From positions 49,193,763-49,241,065 of the forward strand of contig NC_068998.1 of assembly GCF_001194135.2 (NCBI RefSeq): a stretch of DNA of 47,303 nt, given 5' to 3'. A program made the position numbers and the translations under genes. The notes under the pieces are model-generated. The model had not been told where the DNA came from. It did no database searches and saw nothing but the letters and a program-made list of their open reading frames with translations. The DNA comes from Octopus bimaculoides (lineage: Eukaryota). Numbering within the stretch: the first letter of the stretch is position 1; each line of letters starts with the position of its first letter. Shown here piece after piece: positions 47,272 to 47,303 of this stretch.

Positions 47272-47303
<32 letters not shown>

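Overview
AT-rich eukaryotic scaffold with many (TA)n/(CA)n microsatellites, N gaps and a recurring tRNA-like SINE. This repeat landscape looks like an Octopus genome (inference from the repeats only). The ORF track is almost entirely noise. Read by splice signals, the window is a head-to-tail (+ strand) tandem array of one small four-exon gene family, here labelled P1-P8. Five copies are intact in silico: P1 (117 aa), P2 (120 aa), P4 (102 aa), P6 (107 aa) and P7 (107 aa). P3 is a pseudogene, P5 is an orphan first exon, P2 has a duplicated first exon, and P8 runs off the window end. Each protein has a signal peptide, a six-cysteine domain (C-x7-C-x12/14-C-x8-C-x7-C-x11-C) and a conserved C-terminal V(G/R)(I/V)S-x2-FLLPL(S/C)(L/I)QY tail resembling a GPI-addition or propeptide signal. 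I do not recognise the family. Inter-cysteine residues are hypervariable, and exon 3 is less conserved than the adjacent intron, a pattern known from toxin, pheromone and recognition gene families. Introns and spacers carry decayed mariner, Tc1-like, Tigger-like, CR1-like and Penelope-like elements. All gene models were assembled by eye without expression data, and N gaps in introns could hide further sequence.
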